A DNA stretch of 64,000 nt from Candidatus Limnocylindrales bacterium (GCA_035540555.1 DATLGJ010000020.1:58759-122758), one strand, 5' to 3'; positions 9,432-21,288 are shown, counted from the stretch's first letter. Notes: generated from the letters alone by a model not told the origin. Made by a program: numbers and translations.

Positions 9432-10520
9432 ATGGACGCAGATCAGCGGCGCGAGGCGCTCTCAGGCTTTAAGCGGTATGTCGTGGCCCACCCCAACCTG
9501 GTCGATACCGTAGCAACAGTGAATGGCTCCATCATGGAGCCGGCGGGTGCCGCGGTGACGATGCTCTACGGTCCGACCGGTGTGGGCAAGAGCACGGTCG
9601 TCCGGGCGGTCATGACCGAGGCGAACCGCGAGCTCATGCCTGAACTTGCCGCCGATCCAGGCAAGTTCGGTGTCATCAAGCTCGATGCTCCCGCGCCGAC
9701 AGGCGGGAGTTTCAGCTGGAAACAGTTCTTCATCAAGTTGCTCGTGGCTCTTGGTGAGCCGATCGCGGATGCGCGCCTCGAGCGCCCCGGAAGAGCGGTT
9801 GGCCAGCGGCTCCGCAGCGGCGAAGAAGCGCGCAGTCAGGCCGAGCAGGCATTGGCACAGCGGCGGCCGAAAGCTGTGCTGATCGACGAGGCAACGCATA
9901 TCGCCAACTTGGTGTCGGGTGAGCGGCTCCTCAACCAGCTCGACCTATTGAAGTCGCTGGCCGACAGCACGGGCACTCACTTCGTGCTCGTCGGTACATA
10001 CGACCTGCTTGCCTTTCGCAACCTGAGCGGTCAGCTCGGCCGGCGAACTCAGGACGTGCACTTTCAGCGTTACCTGCCGAACGAAGGGGATATGGGCAAG
10101 TTCCAAACGGTCGTCCGCTCCTTCGGCCGAGCGCTCCCGGTCGACGCGGTCGACCTGACCGAGCATTTCGAGTTTCTGTATGAACGTTCACTTGGCTGCG
10201 TCGGCATGCTGCGCGACTGGCTGACACGGGCACTCAACAGTGCCCTGGCCCTCGAACGGCCGTTCCTCTCCGCGGACCTGCTTCGCGCCAATGCCTTGCC
10301 CATGGGAGCGCTCATGGCCGCCGCAGAAGAGATCAGCTACGGCGAGGCAAAGCTGGCCGACGCTGAGCGCGACCAGTTGCGCCTGCGCGAACTGCTCGGC
10401 ATCGCTCCATCCCAGGGAGCGGCAGCTCTCGAGCCCGCAGCGCCCCGCCTCCGCGCCGGCGTCACTGGCCGCGTCGGCACGCGCCAGCCAAGCCGCGATC
10501 CTGTCGGCGTCGAGACATGA
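9432..10520 (+). CDS. tnsC: TnsC/TniB AAA+ transposition ATPase
   Basis: GPTGVGKS, VLIDEA, C-terminal RVGTRQPSRDPVG; starts 1 nt after the tnsAB stop. Confidence 0.9.
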   Translation: MDADQRREALSGFKRYVVAHPNLVDTVATVNGSIMEPAGAAVTMLYGPTGVGKSTVVRAVMTEANRELMPELAADPGKFGVIKLDAPAPTGGSFSWKQFFIKLLVALGEPIADARLERPGRAVGQRLRSGEEARSQAEQALAQRRPKAVLIDEATHIANLVSGERLLNQLDLLKSLADSTGTHFVLVGTYDLLAFRNLSGQLGRRTQDVHFQRYLPNEGDMGKFQTVVRSFGRALPVDAVDLTEHFEFLYERSLGCVGMLRDWLTRALNSALALERPFLSADLLRANALPMGALMAAAEEISYGEAKLADAERDQLRLRELLGIAPSQGAAALEPAAPRLRAGVTGRVGTRQPSRDPVGVET

Positions 10521-11851
10521 ATGAGCAGTTCGCATTGGTCGCCGATCAGTCCGTGTTAGGACCGCGAAGCCGCCTTCATCGCTTGGAGCCTCAAGGTCTG
10601 GGCACTCCTGGTGTCGAGGCGATGACCAGCTACCTGCTCCGGCTGGCCGCAAGCCATGCGTTACCCGTGGGAAGCCTGGCCGTGGATCTGGTCGGGCCGG
10701 AACTCGGGCGCACTCGCGTCTATGGCGAGGCGCGCACCGATCGCTCCAGCTTCTTCAACTCCTCCATTTACCGAGGGCCGCAGGCCATCAACGGAGTTGG
10801 CGATTACGGCGAATTGTGGCTGGGAGCGATTCAGCGCTTGGTGCTGCGCGATGACCTAGCGCCCTTGAGCATGGTGTCCTGGCGAAGAGCGCTTTCGGCC
10901 CGCGGTCTACTGCGCGATCACTTGGCAGCGTGCGCCCATTGCCTGCACGAAGCAGCGGTCGCGGGGCGGACGATCCATGAGCCCCTGCTCTGGTCAATCG
11001 CGCAGGTGACCACGTGTCCGCTGCACGGTTGCCAGCTTCTACAGAGCTGTCCGCACTGCGCGACGCGCTCGCCACTCTTGGGCTGGGACGCCCAGGTGGG
11101 TCATTGCCGGCGATGTGGCAGCTGGCTAGGAAGCAGCATCTGTGACGAACAGCCTGGGAGCGAATGGGAGAGCTGGATATCGGCCAGCGTTGGCCGACTT
11201 CTTGAGTTGCCGCTCGAGCGACGGATCGCTGGCGGAACAATGGCTCGAGCCATCACGCAGGCGGTAGCCCGCAGCACCAATGGCAACGCTGCCGCCTTTG
11301 CCCGCGCGATCGGGCGCTCCAAGAGCCTGGTGACCGAATGGCGCCAGGGCCGAGCCGCGCCAACGCTCGAGTCACTGCTTCGCATCGCGGCATACGCGCG
11401 CCTGGACTTTGTGGCACTCGTGCGTGGCTCAGCCGTCGCTGACCCGGAGCCGCCGGCCCGATCGACATTGGGCGCCTGGGCCAGGGAAGTTAAGAGCGCG
11501 CGCGACTGGGGCGTGGTCGAGAGCCAACTGGAAGCGGCCCTAGCACTCGATCCACCGCAATCCTTCGCGGCGCTGTGTAGAGATTTACGCCTTGATGCTC
11601 AATCTGTTCGCGAGCGCTTTCCCGCTCTGGCGGGCCAGCTTGTGTCAAGGCGCCGCCGGTGGTCAGAGCATCAGAGGAACGAGCGATGCGAGGTGTTAGC
11701 CGGAGCGGTCCACGCGGCCGTCGTGGCAATCTGCGAGGTCGGCGAGCATCCCAGTCGTCGACGGGTCGAGGCGCTTCTTCCGACCGGCGCATCTCTTCGC
11801 GAGGACGCTCTTCGCACCGCCTGGCGCGAGTCGATCGCCACTCATCAGTAG
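10517..11851 (+). CDS. tniQ: TniQ/TnsD target-site selector
   Basis: GTPGVEAMTSYLLRLA, Zn ligands CAHC/CPLH/CPHC/CRRC, Xre-like HTH and helical C-terminus; ATGA overlap with tnsC. Confidence 0.9.
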   Translation: MNEQFALVADQSVLGPRSRLHRLEPQGLGTPGVEAMTSYLLRLAASHALPVGSLAVDLVGPELGRTRVYGEARTDRSSFFNSSIYRGPQAINGVGDYGELWLGAIQRLVLRDDLAPLSMVSWRRALSARGLLRDHLAACAHCLHEAAVAGRTIHEPLLWSIAQVTTCPLHGCQLLQSCPHCATRSPLLGWDAQVGHCRRCGSWLGSSICDEQPGSEWESWISASVGRLLELPLERRIAGGTMARAITQAVARSTNGNAAAFARAIGRSKSLVTEWRQGRAAPTLESLLRIAAYARLDFVALVRGSAVADPEPPARSTLGAWAREVKSARDWGVVESQLEAALALDPPQSFAALCRDLRLDAQSVRERFPALAGQLVSRRRRWSEHQRNERCEVLAGAVHAAVVAICEVGEHPSRRRVEALLPTGASLREDALRTAWRESIATHQ

Positions 11852-11949
11852 GGGGCGTCGCTGTCTCTCAGCTGCAAACACGCTAACCCGGTCCGCGCCC
11901 AATGCCGCTCCAGCACTGGTTGGTCAACAACAGAGGCCATGCTGGTTAT

Positions 11950-12312
11950 CTAGATCGCATAGTTGCGATACGACCCCCGTCCGTAGTCGTAAAGCGAGAT
12001 GCTGGAACCCGAGACCGTCCCAGAGAAGTGCGACGAAGTGCCGTAGTCGTAGCCCTCAAACCGATCCCCGGCGATCTTGAGTGCAACGTGATGACCGCGG
12101 CCGTAGTGGTACAGACTCAGGTTAGGCCGACTGCCTGACCCGCCGAAGTAGCATCCCGTGTCGTAGTCGTAGACGTTGACGGTTGTGGACGTCACTTCGC
12201 CGCTGATGCTGCGGTATTGGCCGAGGTCGTAGTCGTACACGGCGCTGGCAACCTTGCCTGTGATCAGTCGGGCAGCGACGTAGCCGACGAGGGCCGCAAC
12301 GTCATCGTGCAT
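11950..12312 (-). CDS. Small hypothetical protein with five Y(D/H)Y repeats
   Basis: GGAG RBS; repeats VYDYD, VYDYD, LYHYG, GYDYG, LYDYG about 20-22 aa apart. Confidence 0.7.
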   Translation of the reverse strand: MHDDVAALVGYVAARLITGKVASAVYDYDLGQYRSISGEVTSTTVNVYDYDTGCYFGGSGSRPNLSLYHYGRGHHVALKIAGDRFEGYDYGTSSHFSGTVSGSSISLYDYGRGSYRNYAI

Positions 12313-12411
12313 CGTGACTCACATCTCCAAGCGACGTGCCGTATGCGCGAGCGTAGCAATGCCGCGGGATGGCGCGTCATAGGCGGGCTTAACACATGGC
12401 CGCGCCGGCTC

Positions 12412-12638
12412 GCTGGAAGCTTGGGCCGGCCGGACGTCCATCGGATCAGCTCGCGCCGAACGTGAGCCGGCGAGGTTCAGACGAGCGCCTCCAGTGGAAG
12501 CATCAGCTGGCACTTTGTCAGAACCGGTCGATTCTGAGCGTGACTACTTGCGTCGTCGCGAAAGTGGAAGCATGTGCTGTCCGTTGTCGACTGGAAGCAT
12601 GAGCTGTCCAAAAGTGCCAACTTATGGTTCCAATCACA
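12412..12638. repeat. Transposon end with putative TnsB-binding sites
   Basis: TGGAAGCAT-core copies at 12493, 12563, 12590, a degenerate copy at 12412 and an inverted copy at 12613-12634; terminal TGT on the minus strand at 12638. Confidence 0.8.
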
Positions 12639-12665
12639 GGCCCGCCGAGGGCGTGCGCAAGATCG

Positions 12666-13039
12666 TGGTGGAGATGGGGGAGGGTCGAACTCCCCGTCCA
12701 AGGCGTTCAGCCGGAGACCAGCTACGAGCGTAGTCGATGCTTTGTCGTCAATCGGTCAGGCCGCCATCGACAGCGTCCCGCCCGATCCATCCACGCTCCC
12801 TTGCGGGCTTTGCGATCAGTCACGTGGCCTCGCCGATCGCGCATCCCCGCTGATTGACGCTTCCACAGCCCGCGGGGATGAGGCTGCTTCCACGTTCACC
12901 TAGCTGCTGTTAGGCAGCGAGGGGAAGAGAAGTCTGGCGGTTGCCAGTTACTTCGTTTTGCCGCCTTTTTCCGAGGCCAGAGCGGCATCCTCGACTCGCG
13001 TTCTCCGGGGATCCGGCCCTGTCGAAACCACTCATCCCC
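12666..13039 (-). ncRNA. ssrA: tmRNA
   Basis: 5' GGGGATG..TTCGAC and 3' TTCGAC..CATCTCCACCA with G3-U alanine determinant; tag frame (A)GNRQTSLPLAA* at 12945-12910; adjacent to smpB. Confidence 0.95.
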
Positions 13040-13048
13040 AGACCACTA

Positions 13049-13057
13049 ATCCTAGCA
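13049..13057 (-). promoter_or_regulatory. Putative extended -10 promoter of ssrA
   Basis: TGcTAGGAT 9 nt upstream of the mature 5' end. Confidence 0.45.
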
Positions 13058-13134
13058 TCCGAACGCCTGTTCTGGAAAGGGGTTCCGGGGAATGAGGGAG
13101 TGGACGCATCTGGCCCTGTGGTGGCGCGGCTCGC

Positions 13135-13596
13135 TCAGCGCCCGCGCTGGGCGTCGGCCATCTCGCGCTCGACCTCGCGGCGCATGTCCCGCTCCGCGAT
13201 GGAGCGTCTTTTGTCGTGGAGCTGCTTTCCGCGTGCGAGCCCCAGCTCCAGCTTGGCGCGTCCCCTGTCATTGATGTAGAGCCTCAGGGGCACGACCGTC
13301 AGACCCTTGGCCGACGCACGGCCGAGCAACTGGTCAATCTCGGCACGGTGGAGCAGCAACTTGCGATCCCGGCGCGGCTCGTGGTTCCACCGATTGCCGG
13401 CTTCGTACGGCGCGATGTGGGCGCCGATAAGCCACGCCTCGCCCTTCTCCACGCGGGCGTAGGCATCAGCCAGGTTGGCCTTGCCCGCTCGAATGCTCTT
13501 GATCTCCGTGCCGGTCAGGACGATGCCGGCCTCGAAGGTGTCGCTGATCTGGTACTCATGGCGGGCTCTGCGGTTGACCGCCACCGTCTCGGACAT
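13135..13596 (-). CDS. smpB: SsrA-binding protein
   Basis: [42 protein letters not shown]. Confidence 0.97.
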   Translation of the reverse strand: MSETVAVNRRARHEYQISDTFEAGIVLTGTEIKSIRAGKANLADAYARVEKGEAWLIGAHIAPYEAGNRWNHEPRRDRKLLLHRAEIDQLLGRASAKGLTVVPLRLYINDRGRAKLELGLARGKQLHDKRRSIAERDMRREVEREMADAQRGR

Positions 13597-13649
13597 TCTG
13601 TGCTGCTCCTGCCGTCCTGCGCCGGATCGGGGAAATGGCGCCGGACGCG

Positions 13650-13680
13650 GTGACGCCGGCCCTTTGTGGGCCGGCGTCAC
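13650..13680. terminator. Perfect 13-bp stem-loop (terminator or REP-like)
   Basis: GTGACGCCGGCCC-tttgt-GGGCCGGCGTCAC. Confidence 0.5.
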
Positions 13681-13827
13681 ATGGCTGCGTTCACCACTTC
13701 TCAGGCGTCAGCTCAGGCGAGCGTCCCCCGAGAGGCGGTGCAGCGAGAACTGTCTGACACTGCACATCACCTCCTTTCGTTCGAAGGGACGATACCCGAC
13801 CTGCAGTCATTGCGCAAGGAGCGGTGC

Positions 13828-15171
13828 TCAGGCGGCGCGGGCCAGCCGGTGCAACGGATGCTCGGCCTCCTCCAGCGCGGCTCGCAGCAGCTCGATCGCC
13901 TGGTCGAGCACCGGATCCTGGCCGGCAGGGGTGCCCTCGGGCACCTCGACGACGAGGTCTGGCGTTAGCCCCTCCCCGTGGATCCACGTCTGGTCCGGGG
14001 TAAGCCACTTGCGAACGGAGAGGCGGTATCCGCCGGCACCCTCGAGCTCCTTCCACTCCTGGATGGTGCCCTTGCCGTACGTCCGCTGCCCGACCAGCTG
14101 CGCTCGCCCGCTGCCCTGCAGGGAGCCCGCCACGATCTCGCTGGCCGACGCCGTGCCGCCGTTGACCAGGACCACGAGCGGGATTGAAGGATCCGTCGCG
14201 GCGCCCCCGGGGATGGGCTCGATGGCCAGCGGTTCACTGCGCGCGCCCTGCTCCCAATACAGCGGGCTGGTGGCGACGAATTCGCTGGCTATGCGCCGCG
14301 CCGCATCGACGTAGCCGCCCGGGTCGTCGCGCAGGTCCAGGATCAGCGCCCGAACGCGGTGCTCCTCGACCAGCTCACGCAGCAGATCGTGCAGGTCCTG
14401 GGCCGCACCCGAGCTGAAGTTCTCGACCTTGAGATAGCCGATCGCGCCGTCGGCCAGGACGTCGCTCCGCACGTGCTCGCTCTGGATCACGTCTCGCACG
14501 ATGCGCAGCTCGAGCGGGTCCCCCGCGCGGTCGATCGACAGCGTCACCGACGTGCCCTTGGTGCCGCGAATGAGTGGAATCACCACGTCCAGGCTCGAGT
14601 CAAGCGTGGAGCGCCCATCCACGGCCAGGATGACGTCGTCCACCTGCAGGCCGGCGGCCAGCGCGGGCGATCGTCGAAGCACGCGCGTGACGGTGAGCCG
14701 GCAGCTGTGGGTGATGGTCGTGCAGGCATTCCCATCGGGCTCCCGCGTGGCCATCTCGGCGCCGATGCCTTCGAACTCGCCCGACAAATGACTCAGGCTG
14801 CCGCGGTACTCATCGGAGGTCATGTACCCCGAGAACGGGTCGCCGAGCGCCTGGAAGACGCCCTGAATGGCCCCCTCCACCAGGCGGCGCTCGTCGATCT
14901 CGCCTACATAGCTGTGGGTGATGTCGTTATAGGCGTCCCAGAAGGGCTGGAACAGCTCCTGCCGCGATTCACCGGTACCGGCCGTGGTTCCCTGAAGCTG
15001 GCCAAGCGCGAAGCCCGATACGAACAGCCCGCTGCCGGCGATGATCGCGACGAGGGCAGCGGCCACGTAGACCGCCGCTCGGCCAGGCCCTTCGCGGCGG
15101 TCGCGCTCGCCCGACGGGTCGACTCCATCGGTCGATAGGTGCCGGTCAGGCGTGGGATGGGGTTCCTGCAT
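13828..15171 (-). CDS. ctpA: S41 carboxy-terminal processing protease (PDZ)
   Basis: LGDPFS, LILDLRDDPGG, TASASEIVAGSL, TYGKGTIQ. Confidence 0.9.
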   Translation of the reverse strand: MQEPHPTPDRHLSTDGVDPSGERDRREGPGRAAVYVAAALVAIIAGSGLFVSGFALGQLQGTTAGTGESRQELFQPFWDAYNDITHSYVGEIDERRLVEGAIQGVFQALGDPFSGYMTSDEYRGSLSHLSGEFEGIGAEMATREPDGNACTTITHSCRLTVTRVLRRSPALAAGLQVDDVILAVDGRSTLDSSLDVVIPLIRGTKGTSVTLSIDRAGDPLELRIVRDVIQSEHVRSDVLADGAIGYLKVENFSSGAAQDLHDLLRELVEEHRVRALILDLRDDPGGYVDAARRIASEFVATSPLYWEQGARSEPLAIEPIPGGAATDPSIPLVVLVNGGTASASEIVAGSLQGSGRAQLVGQRTYGKGTIQEWKELEGAGGYRLSVRKWLTPDQTWIHGEGLTPDLVVEVPEGTPAGQDPVLDQAIELLRAALEEAEHPLHRLARAA

Positions 15172-15253
15172 CGGAGGGTGCGTTCATACCGGGTGCGGAC
15201 GGACGAGCAGCAAGTGTAGGCGGCCGGGCCGATTCCTTCCCTCCGACCCGGGG

Positions 15254-16358
15254 TCAGGCTGCCTCGTCGGTAGCCAGGCGCTCCAGCTCCGCCAGCATGA
15301 AGCCGTCGAGGTCGCCGTCCAGGACGTCGCCCGTGCTGCTGGTTTCGTGCTCGGTGCGGTGGTCCTTGACCATCTGGTAGGGGTGCAGAACGTAGGAGCG
15401 GATCTGGTTGCCCCAACCGGCTTCGACGTGATCACCCTTGATCGCCGCCAGCTCTCGTTCGCGCTCCTCCAGCTTCCGTTCCAGCAGGCGGGCCCTGAGC
15501 ACCTTCATCGCAACGTCACGGTTCTGGTGCTGGGAGCGCTCGTTCTGGCTCTGCGCCACGATGCCCGTCGGCAGGTGCGTGATGCGGACCGCCGAGTCGG
15601 TCTTGTTGACGTGCTGTCCGCCCGCCCCCTGCGCTCGGAATGTGTCGACCTTGAGCTCGTCCTCCGGGATCTCGCCGACTTCGACGTCATCTTCGACCTC
15701 GGGCAGCACCTCGACCAGGGCGAACGTCGTATGGCGCCGCTTCTGGGAGTCGTACGGGCTGATCCGAACGAGGCGGTGAACGCCGCGCTCAGCGCGAAGG
15801 TGGCCGTAGGCGTTGCGTCCCTCGACGGCAAAGGTCGCGCTTTTCAGGCCCGCCTCCTCCCCCTCCAACTGGTCGAGGATCTCCGTGCCGAAGCGATGGC
15901 GTTCGGCCCAGCGCAGGTACATCCGCAGGAGCATGGCGGCCCAGTCGGTCGCCTCTGTGCCACCGGCCCCCGCGCTGATCGAGACGATCGCGCTGCGCTC
16001 GTCGTATGGCCCGTTGAACATCAGGCTCATGCGCTGGCGCTCAAACTCGGCGCGGAGCGCGACGTGCTCGGCCGAAAGGCCTGTCAGCATCTCCTGGTCG
16101 CCGGAATCGCCGGCCAGCTCTGCCAGCTCGACCAGATCGTCGGCGCGCTGCACCAGTGAGCGCCAGACCCCGATCTCCTCGCGCAGGCTCTCGGCCGTGC
16201 GCAGCACCTGCTGGGCGTTGCGTTGGTCCGACCAGAAATCGGCCGCGCTGGCCTGCTCGTCGAGGTCGGCCAGCCGCTCTTCGCGAGCAGCTAGGTCAAA
16301 GGCGCCCCGAGGTCGCGTGGATGCGCTCGGCCAGGGCGCGCAGCTCTCCTATATCCAA
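15254..16358 (-). CDS. prfB: Peptide chain release factor 2 with programmed +1 frameshift
   Basis: SPY variant of the SPF motif, GGQ motif; upstream TTG-started MDIGELRAL...GRL joined via CTT-TGA-C at 16301-16295. Confidence 0.95.
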
Positions 16359-16374
16359 GCTGACGTTCCTCTGG

Positions 16375-16620
16375 CTAGTTTCTCGAGCGCACTTCCTGGA
16401 GCAGGATCGGCCGCAGCTCGATGATGCGCAGCGCGGTCTTGCTCCGTGCGACGACGGGGTTCACGCAGGGACAGTATCCGTTGTGCGGGCAAACGCCGCA
16501 GTTTCCATCACAGTCGAGCGACGCGGCGTAGCTGCAGGTGCGGCACTCTCGCTCGCAGGCGATAAGGTCTACGAACGACAATGCGGCGCGTGCCTCTTCC
16601 GCCGCCGGGTTGGGCTTCAC
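16375..16620 (-). CDS. Small cysteine-rich protein (8 Cys)
   Basis: CERECRTC-x7-CDGNCGVC-x5-CPC; lies just upstream of prfB; start codon uncertain. Confidence 0.65.
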   Translation of the reverse strand: MKPNPAAEEARAALSFVDLIACERECRTCSYAASLDCDGNCGVCPHNGYCPCVNPVVARSKTALRIIELRPILLQEVRSRN

Positions 16621-16766
16621 GGCAACCGAGACTCCCTCTCTGACCCGGACCACCCTTGGCACTCCGGGGGATCCTCAAGGTTTGCCGGAGGAGGCACGGC
16701 CTCCGGGTGGTTCTGCCGAGTGTAGCGACGGATCGCCGCACACTCAAGAGGCAAGTTGCCAGAATT

Positions 16767-17984
16767 TCAGATGGCTGCCGCCGCGATCTCCTCGCGCACC
16801 TGGCCGGGGGTGATCTGCTCGGTCAGCAGTCGGAAGAACTGTCGGCGCTGAGCGTCCTCGTCTCCGCCGGCACGGCACCATTCCGAGAGCAGCCTCTCGC
16901 CACCGGCATAGCAGAAGACATAGGTCCGCCAGAGCGGGTGGTTGATGAACTCGAGCAGCTTCGTTGCCCGCTCGTGGCTCGCCAGAGCGCGCCGCTCGAG
17001 GAACTCAACCACCTCATCGGCCGGCCTGCCCTCGGCGTGGAGCATCAGCGAGGCATCGCCACCGCTTCCGCGCATGGCATGAAGAGCGTCCTCGATCTCC
17101 CATTGGCGGGCCGGCTCATCCGGCCCGAGCGCGATGCCGGCCCGCTCACACAGCTCGGCGAAGAGCTCCGCCCAGCGTGTCCGGCCGATGATCAGGCGGC
17201 CACCGAGCTCGCCAAGGCCCTCGCTGATGTAAGCCTCAGGGGTGTTGATCAGCTGTACGCTCACCTCAGCTCGGCCGTGCTCGCGGTAGAGCCGCTGCTC
17301 TTTCCAGGCATGCTCGAGATGGTGGCCCGGGAAGCATTCGTGGGTGATCAGCCCGATAAGGCTGTTCGCGCGCACCGGGAGATCGGTGTTGATCTCCACC
17401 CGCGAGCGCAGTTGGCCGTCGTACCAGTTGTAGCCTGACCAGGGCTGGTCGGAGACCAGGTCGACCTGCAGCGACTGACCTTCGGGCAGGGGATAGTGGC
17501 GGGCGCATTCGGTGCGTACGGCGTCGACCAACCAATCGACGATCGCGGGCAGCCGGTCCACCGGCACGGTCAGCCGCCGCCCTCGCGCCTCGACTCGCTC
17601 GCGGAGTTCGATGCCGGGCGGCAGCAGCTCGTCCAGCTGGCGATGGGCCAGATCGTAATCGACTGCCGCGGTGGCCTCCGGCGCCGCATCGAAGCAACGC
17701 TCGACCTCGGTCAGGTAGTCGAGCTGGTTGCCGGCGAGCCGCCGCATCATCGTTTCCACAGCCACCAGCTGTCCGTCCAGCCAGCGGCGGCGGTCGGGCT
17801 CGATGTCGTCTGTCAGGCGCCCGCGCAGGCTCGCCGCTGCCAGAGCGACATCCTCGGGCGAGCCCGCCGATGCCTCGGCCTCATGGCGCAGCTCGGCCGG
17901 GCCGTAGTAGGCATCGACGATACCGTCGTAGTGCTTGCCCGCGGCCAGCGCCACACGGAGGTACTCGCGCCCAAGCGCGTCCAT
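16767..17984 (-). CDS. DUF885-like putative metallopeptidase
   Basis: VDAYYGP, HECFPGHHLE, ISEGLG, YVFCYAGGE. Confidence 0.75.
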   Translation of the reverse strand: MDALGREYLRVALAAGKHYDGIVDAYYGPAELRHEAEASAGSPEDVALAAASLRGRLTDDIEPDRRRWLDGQLVAVETMMRRLAGNQLDYLTEVERCFDAAPEATAAVDYDLAHRQLDELLPPGIELRERVEARGRRLTVPVDRLPAIVDWLVDAVRTECARHYPLPEGQSLQVDLVSDQPWSGYNWYDGQLRSRVEINTDLPVRANSLIGLITHECFPGHHLEHAWKEQRLYREHGRAEVSVQLINTPEAYISEGLGELGGRLIIGRTRWAELFAELCERAGIALGPDEPARQWEIEDALHAMRGSGGDASLMLHAEGRPADEVVEFLERRALASHERATKLLEFINHPLWRTYVFCYAGGERLLSEWCRAGGDEDAQRRQFFRLLTEQITPGQVREEIAAAAI

Positions 17985-18000
17985 CAGTGCTGGGTGGCGC

Positions 18001-20940
<2,940 letters not shown>

Positions 20941-20994
20941 CGGCCGCCAAGTATAGGCTTCGAGCGGCCATCGGCCGCTAGCGAACAGCCCTTC

Positions 20995-21231
20995 CTACGT
21001 GATCGGGCCCCAGATGCCGACGCCGTAGCCGACGAGCAGGATGACGAAGGTCAAGGCGGCCAGGCCCACCCAGAAGGCGACGGCCAGTCGGCCGCTGGTG
21101 GGCTCCAGCTCTGGGTTGTTGAGCGGCGCGGCGTTCCATCGTCGAGAGCGCAGTCGGCTGCGCCAGGTCCGCACCTGGACCGGATTGGGCTCCAGCCCGG
21201 AGGGGCCGGGTCGATACGTCTTGAGGCTCAT
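20995..21231 (-). CDS. Small single-TM hypothetical protein
   Basis: 78 aa with a C-terminal hydrophobic helix; fills the prs-secA gap on the same strand. Confidence 0.6.
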   Translation of the reverse strand: MSLKTYRPGPSGLEPNPVQVRTWRSRLRSRRWNAAPLNNPELEPTSGRLAVAFWVGLAALTFVILLVGYGVGIWGPIT

Positions 21232-21288
21232 CGCGGACCATCATGCCGCGTCCCGCCGTAGAACGTCGGCCGGCGGCTCCTACCGTGA

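Larger units (their letters stand above)
1..12638. mobile_element. Tn7-like transposon (TnsAB-fusion type) inserted downstream of ssrA; left boundary not visible
   Basis: tnsAB-tnsC-tniQ operon, repeated ~22-bp sites and terminal ACA at 12636-12638, 27 bp from the tmRNA 3' end. Inclusion of 1-4600 is inferred because no second end was found. Confidence 0.8.

Noticed and set aside
12322-12329. CATCTCCA matching the tmRNA 3' end as an att duplication or homing spacer
   Set aside because: Only 8 nt, and explained as the minus-strand RBS (TGGAGATG) of the 120-aa ORF
12412-12638. Repeats as a CRISPR mini-array (CAST)
   Set aside because: Irregular spacing, one inverted copy, terminal TGT and no cas genes in the window; fits TnsB sites better
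13766-13777. 16S rRNA 3' fragment
   Set aside because: No flanking rRNA sequence; only the anti-SD 12-mer
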